Below, one piece after another: positions 57,711-64,000 of a stretch of 64,000 bases of DNA. The number at the start of each line of letters is the position of its first letter. Position 1 is the first letter of the stretch. The DNA comes from the human T2T-CHM13v2.0 reference genome, Homo sapiens. The stretch lies in NCBI RefSeq assembly GCF_009914755.1, contig NC_060928.1. The stretch is one strand, 5' to 3'. The position numbers were made by a program, and so were the translations under genes. Under the pieces are notes generated by a model. That model saw nothing but the letters and a program-made list of their open reading frames with translations. It was not told the origin of the DNA and searched no databases.

Positions 57711-58948
57711 ACCAGAATATTCTTTAAAGTATTTACAATTACACTTTTTACCCCCTTACTTCAACATGTGAATGTAATTATCTAAGCAGGATATCTACCT
57801 AGGAATTATTACCTAGGCAAAAACCTCTATTCAATTTCCTTTTTGTTTCCTGAAGTGTCCTTCCTCTCTCTCTTTTCTCCACATGATTCATTAGTTATGT
57901 TTTCAGATTCTAGACAATTATTCATTGTGTTAATATGACCATGCATATCAAGAAATTATGGCAAAAACTGCATCTTTGTGGTTACCATTGTGGTGCTATT
58001 AATAGGATGTTAAAATTTGCACTGGCTCAGATATTCTTATGTCTTTAAGGCATATGATGATTCAAATTTCATCACTGAGCTCGTTGCTTCAGAGTAAAAA
58101 AGTAAGAGATGGTTAGTATTCACATTTAATTTCAAATGCCTATATGAAATTTATAACGAAGATTTTATAACCTTTTTATTCTCAAGTAGTATAAGTCAAT
58201 TTTGTAAAATCATGTAATGTTAGAGCTAGAATGGAGGGTAGTGCTTATAGTCTGTTCATTTTATAGATAACAAAATAGGTTCCAAGTCAATGTCTTGCTC
58301 AGAGTCGTAAAATCATGGTTTGGCTCTTCTAACTATGAGCAAACAGCAATGTTTTTCCTTTAATCACTGTGCTTCCCTTTTGCACATTGATCGCTATTTC
58401 CAGAAATGTAAAATATAAAAAACTATTGCTATTTCCAAAAATGCAGGATATTTTGAAACTGTTGATCCTTTCTCAAGTTATTTGAAACTCACTAGAGAAC
58501 AAACATAATGATTATTCAACACTCCCACCATTGAAGAAGGTGATGTTCCTTACAGCAATTTAGATTTGCTTTTTTTCAAACCATAGAAAGCACGAACTAT
58601 GATTGTGTGGAGACCAATAAATGAACGTCTGCTGACAAAATGATTTAATACAGACTGTGCAAAGTGTCAATTATTAAGTATTTCATACCCGGTGATAAGG
58701 GACAAGGACAGATAAATTACCACTTTAGTGACACATTAGAAAATATGTTCAACAGACATGAGGCAACTGAATTGACAAGTTAGAAATGATCCCATTAGAG
58801 GAATAAGAATCATGGGAAAAGAAACAGAAAATTCTGTACTTTACATTAAATAACAGTGAAAAGTTATTTTGAATTCCTGAAACATTTAGTAAACATTGGG
58901 TCCATATTTAGTAGAATTTGGGTACCTATAGGGTTATTTTTCTAAGAC

Positions 58949-59331
58949 ACTGTTATTTATTGCCAGTATACTTAATATTGATTTTAATAGTGTTTAAACT
59001 AAGACTATAATTTTTCAAGTTATAATCAATCCCCATAGTTTACCTAATCCAGTGATCATATATTATTCAGCTGTATAATAATCTTATCTGCCTTCAGTGC
59101 TTTACTAATTCCCATAATCCTTTTATTTATATGTTTGCATTTTATGAAGTACCATAGAAAGTAAACCATTCCAACTTGCTTTACCCTCTTGTTTCATGTT
59201 AATGTACACAAAACATTAGAGTGTATAGGGATATGGTATGGTAGATCTCTATCAGTAATTTCATTATTTTTCATATTTTCATCCTTTATGAAGAAAACGA
59301 ACATTTTTTGCTTTAGGGCTGTACTTATCAA
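58949..59331 (+). repeat. Donor copy of the ~380-bp duplication
   Basis: Same sequence as 54175-54553; runs on into a MER5A-like element. Confidence 0.97.
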
Positions 59332-59470
59332 ACTATAATGTACTTGCAATTCACCTGAGAATCTTGTTAAAATTGAGTTTAATAAGACTGGGCTGATCTG
59401 AGACTCTGCATTTCTAAGAATCTCCCAGGGGATGCAGATGTTGCTGTTCTACAGAGGACACTTTGAATAG
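59319..59470. mobile_element. MER5A-like MITE
   Basis: TCAAACTATAATGT...TCACCTGAGAATCTTGTTAAAA...CTGAGACTCTGCATTTCTAAG...CTCCCAGGGGATGCAGATG...ACACTTTGAATAG. Confidence 0.75.
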
Positions 59471-60618
59471 AAAGTTGGGCCAGACTGTCTAGACCAGCAA
59501 AGCAGGTGGCCCCTAGAAGGTTGTTAGAAAGGGAAATGTATGGCCTATTCCCACACCTGCTGCATCTTAATCTCTATGGGTGGGACCAAACCCCATGAAC
59601 CACTGTCTAATTCTATTCATTCTTCCAATTTAGTTTCACTTAGTTTCTTTTTTTCTTTCCTCCATGCAAATAAGCCTTGAAAAAGATGCATAAAATAAAT
59701 ATATTACATTTACTGTGTTCTTGGCTTAACAACCTTAAAAATTTATGTTTGGATTTAATTAAAAAATAAAATTTAATGGCAGTAAAATGTTTTTTGATAA
59801 AATTTTTAGTTAACATAGACTTATCTCGCCTCTTCCAGTGAAAATTACCTTTCTAAAGAACAAAGTATATCAGTTGTGTGAAATTTTACCATCCACTAAT
59901 ATTATATTTATAATTTACTAGGTGTTAATTAGGGTTTAATAGATCTTCCTGGTTTCTACAAAATTCTGACGAATTTAATACCTTTTTCTTAATTTACATT
60001 AGTTTGCCTATGTAATTAAATCAAAGCTTTGTTTAAGAAATAGTTATTTTCTGAATTAGCTCACTGAGTCATCGTATACAATGCATGAACAAAATATTTC
60101 TAATATGTTTACATACATGTCTTGTTGCATAATGTTAGATATTAAGCATTGTATAATTTTCTTAAGTTTGACTAGTTTCTTCTAATACCTAAAGAATGAG
60201 AAAAAATGACATCAATGTATATATGAGTCACAATAAAATAGTGAGCACTCTGACATTGCCTTCAAAGTTTGGCATAAATGCTGGATATTGAAAAGCAGTT
60301 TCCCTCTTAATTCTTAACTAGAAATATTACAATGGTTATATGAAATTGTACAATTGTACAATTCTGGCTAGGAAAATTTTATAAGGACCACAAAAAGAGA
60401 ATGAGGTCATTTGGAAGACCTTAATTCATATTATATATTAATATTACATATTAAAAATGTATCCTAATTTCACTTTAAGTAAAATTTTTATTTTCATAAT
60501 ATTTAAAAAATATTTTTATGTTTTATGTTTTTTTCTTTTGAAATTAGCCGAAAAAAAAAGTATTTAATGGCAATTGTTTATTTCATATAAAAATTAACAT
60601 GCATTCTCAGAATCTCTG

Positions 60619-60952
60619 TGAATCACGCCCTTTGTAGGGACATGAAGGAACTGAAGGCCATTATCTTTAGCAAACTGGTGCAGGAAGAGAAAACCAAATA
60701 CTGTATGTTCTCACTTATCAGTGGGAGATAAATGATGACAATACCTGGACATATGGAGGGGAACAACACACACTGGGGCCTATCAGACGGTGGAGTGCGG
60801 GAGGAGGGAGAAGATCAGGAAAAATAACTAATGGGCACTAAGCTTAATACCTGGGTGATGAAATAACCTGTACAACAAACTACAATGACATGAGTTTACC
60901 TATATAACAAACCTGCACATGTACCAAGGAACTTAAAATAAAATTTAAAAAG
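60619..60952 (+). mobile_element. L1PA13-16-like 3' end
   Basis: GGAAAAATAACTAATGGGCACTAAGCTTAATACCTGGGTGATGAAATAA...AACAAACCTGCACATGTACC plus A-tail. Confidence 0.88.
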
Positions 60953-61062
60953 GTAAAATAAAATAAACTTAAATTCTAAATTTTTTTAAAAAATAAATAA
61001 TGGCAAAGAGATGAATATGAAAAGTGGAGTTAATGAAGTCAGCATGATGTTATTTCCATACA

Positions 61063-63767
61063 CAGGAATACCTCAAAGATATTATGGGTTTGGTTCCAGA
61101 AAGCCACAATAAAGTGCACATTGCTATAAAGCAAGTCACATAAGTTATTGGTTTCCCAGTGCATATAAAAGTTGTTTACACTATATACTCTAGTCTATTA
61201 CATGTAGAATAACATATGTCTAAAAAATGTACATACCTTAATTAAAAATAATTTATTGCTTAAAAATGATAACAATCATCCAATCCTTCAGCAATCATAA
61301 GTTGTTATTTTTTTGCTAGTAGAGGGTCTTGCCTCAATGATGACAGCTGCTAACTTATCAGGGTGGTGGTTGCTGAAGGTGTGGGTGGATGTGGCAATTT
61401 CTTAAAATAGGATAACAGTGAATTTTTGTCACATCAATGGACTCTTCCTTTCATGAAATATTTCTCAGTAGCATGTGATGCTATTTGATAGTATTTTATC
61501 TACAGTAAAACATCTTTCAAAATTGGTGTTAACCCCTGTCAAAACCTGCATCTGTTTTATAAACAATGTTTCTGAAATATTATTAATCTTTTGTCATCAT
61601 TTCAATGATATTCACAACATATTCACCATGAGTAGAATCTATCTCAAGAAACCACTTCCTTTACTCACCCATAAAAAGCAACTCCTCATCCCTTTGAGTT
61701 TCATCACGGCATTGTAGCAATTCAGTCACATCATCAGTCTCTCCTGCTAATTATCTTGCCCTTTTTACCACATCTGCAAGTATTTCCTCTACTGAAGTCT
61801 GGAACACCTCAAAGTCATCCATGTGGATTAAAATCAGCTTGTTCCATACTCCTGTAAATGTTGATATTTTGACTTCCTTCCAAAAGTCAGGGATATTCTG
61901 AATGGTATCAGGAATGGTGACATTTTCCAGAAGGTTTTCAATTTAATTTGCCTGGATCCATCACAAGAATCACTATCTATGGCAGCTGTAACCTTAAGAA
62001 ATATATTTCTTAAGCAATAATACTTGAAAGTCAAAATTATTCCTTGACCCATGGGCTGCAGAATGGATGTTTGTTAGCAGGTGTGAAAACAACGTTAGTT
62101 GGCAGGGTGTGGTGGTTCACGCTGTAATCCCAGCACTTTGGGAGGCCAAGGCAGGCGGGTCACAAGGTCAGGAGATTGAAACCTTCCTGGCTAACACGGT
62201 GAAACCCTGTCTCTACTAAAAATACAAAAAATTAGCTGGACATGGTGGCATGCACCTGTGGTCACAGCTACTTGGGAGGGTGAGGCTGGATAATGCTTGA
62301 ACCCAGGAAGTGGAGGTTGCAGTGAGCCGAGATTGCGCCTCTGCACTCTAGCCTGGGCGACAGAGACTCTCTGTCTCAAAAAAAAAAAAAAAAGGAGAGA
62401 GACAACAACATTAGTCTCCTTGTACATCTTCATCAGAGCTTGCATGACCAGGTGCACTGCCAATCAGCAGTAATATTCTGAATGGAATATGTTTTTCTGA
62501 GCAATAGGGCTCAACAGTGAGCTTTAAAAATTCACTAAATCATGGTGTAAAAAGATATGCTTTCATTAGGTTTTGTTTTTCCATTCATAGACCAAGGGGC
62601 AGAGTAGATTTAGAATAATTCTTAAAGGCCCTAGGATTTTCAGAATTGTTAATGAGTACTATTCCAACTTTAATTCACCAGCTACATTAGCCCCTAACAA
62701 GAGAGTCAGCCTGTACTTTGAAGCTTCTGTTTTCTGGCTACGAAAGTATTAAAAATGGCATCTCCTTCTAATATAAGGCTGTATCATCTACATTGAAAAT
62801 CTGCTGTTTAGTGTAGCCACCTTCATTAATGATCTTAGCTAGATCCTCTGGGTAACTTGTGTCACCTTCTGTATCAGCACTTGCTGCCTCACCTTGCACC
62901 TTTATGTTATGGACATTACTTCTTTCTTTAAACCTCATGAACGAACCTCTGCCAGCTTCGACCTTTTTTTTAGCAGTTTCTTCACCTCTCACAGGCGTCA
63001 TAGAATTTAAGAGAGCGAGGGCCTTGCTCTGGATTAAGCTTCAGTTTATGGGAATGTTGTGGCCGGTTTGATATTCTCTCCAGACCACTAAAACATTCTC
63101 CATATTAGCAATAAGGCTGTTCGTTTTCTTATCATTTGTGTGTTCACTGACGTAGCACTTTTAATTTTTTTCAAGATCTTTTCCTTTGTATTCACAACTT
63201 CGCTAACTGTTGGATAGGTTAACAACCTAGCTTTCAACCTATCTCAGTTTTTGACATGCTTTTCTCACTAAGCTTATTCATTTCTAGCTTTTGATTTAAA
63301 GTGAGAGATACATGATTCTTACTTTACTTGAACACTTAGAGGCAATTGTAGGGTTATTACTTCACTTAATTTTAATATTGTTGTGTCTCAAGGAACAAGG
63401 AGGGCTGGAGTGAGATGAGGGAGAGAGACAGGGAAATGGTGAGTCAATGAAGAAATCAGAACATACATATTTATGACATTCACCATCTTTTATATGCGCA
63501 TTTCTTGGTAAACCAAAACAATCATGATGGTAACATTGAAGATCACCGATCTCAGGTCCCTATAATGCCTATAATAATAATGAGAATGGTTAAAATATTG
63601 TGAGAATTACACAAATTTGACACAGGGACACAAAGTGAGCTTGTGCTATTGGAAAAATGACACTGAGAGATTGCTCTATGCAGGGTCGCCACACACTTTT
63701 GATTTGCAAAAGTTGCAATACCTGTGAAGTACAAGAAACCAAAGCACAAGAAAACAAGATACACCTG
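61063..63767 (-). mobile_element. Near full-length Tigger1 (pogo-like) DNA transposon
   Basis: Both termini present (CAGGAATACCTC... and ...GATACACCTG followed by TA); transposase fragment [29 protein letters not shown]...[12 protein letters not shown] at 62768-63001 (-). Confidence 0.93.
62101..62393 (+). mobile_element. AluSc-like nested in Tigger1
   Basis: Full Alu; TSD AACAAC(G/A)TTAGT. Confidence 0.92.
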
Positions 63768-63782
63768 TATGTTCAATTAAAC

Positions 63783-64000
<218 letters not shown>

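Noticed and set aside
54175-59331. The two 380-bp repeats as LTRs of a novel 5-kb retroelement
   Set aside because: There are no TG...CA ends, PBS, PPT or TSD. The interior is an old antisense L1MC, a MIR and unique DNA, all much older than the repeats.

Overview
AT-rich, CpG-poor primate (probably human) non-coding DNA, either a gene desert or a large intron. I find no credible intact protein-coding exon and no CpG island. The window is mostly interspersed repeats: 15 Alus, a full-length but dead L1PA6/7-type LINE-1 (36407-42854) with a nested AluSp, a near-complete Tigger1 (61063-63767), old L1M, L2 and MIR pieces, MaLR/ERV solo LTRs and MER5A/MER33 MITEs. One gene-derived feature is missed by the ORF track: a decayed, full-length RPS6 processed pseudogene on the minus strand (about 3731-4884). 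The most unusual structure is a ~380-bp, ~98%-identical non-tandem duplication (54175-54553 copied from 58949-59331). Its junction carries an inverted copy of the donor's flanking bases, which suggests a templated-insertion repair scar. I see no evidence of a novel multi-gene system. Repeat subfamily names come from recalled consensus sequences and need RepeatMasker/Dfam confirmation.
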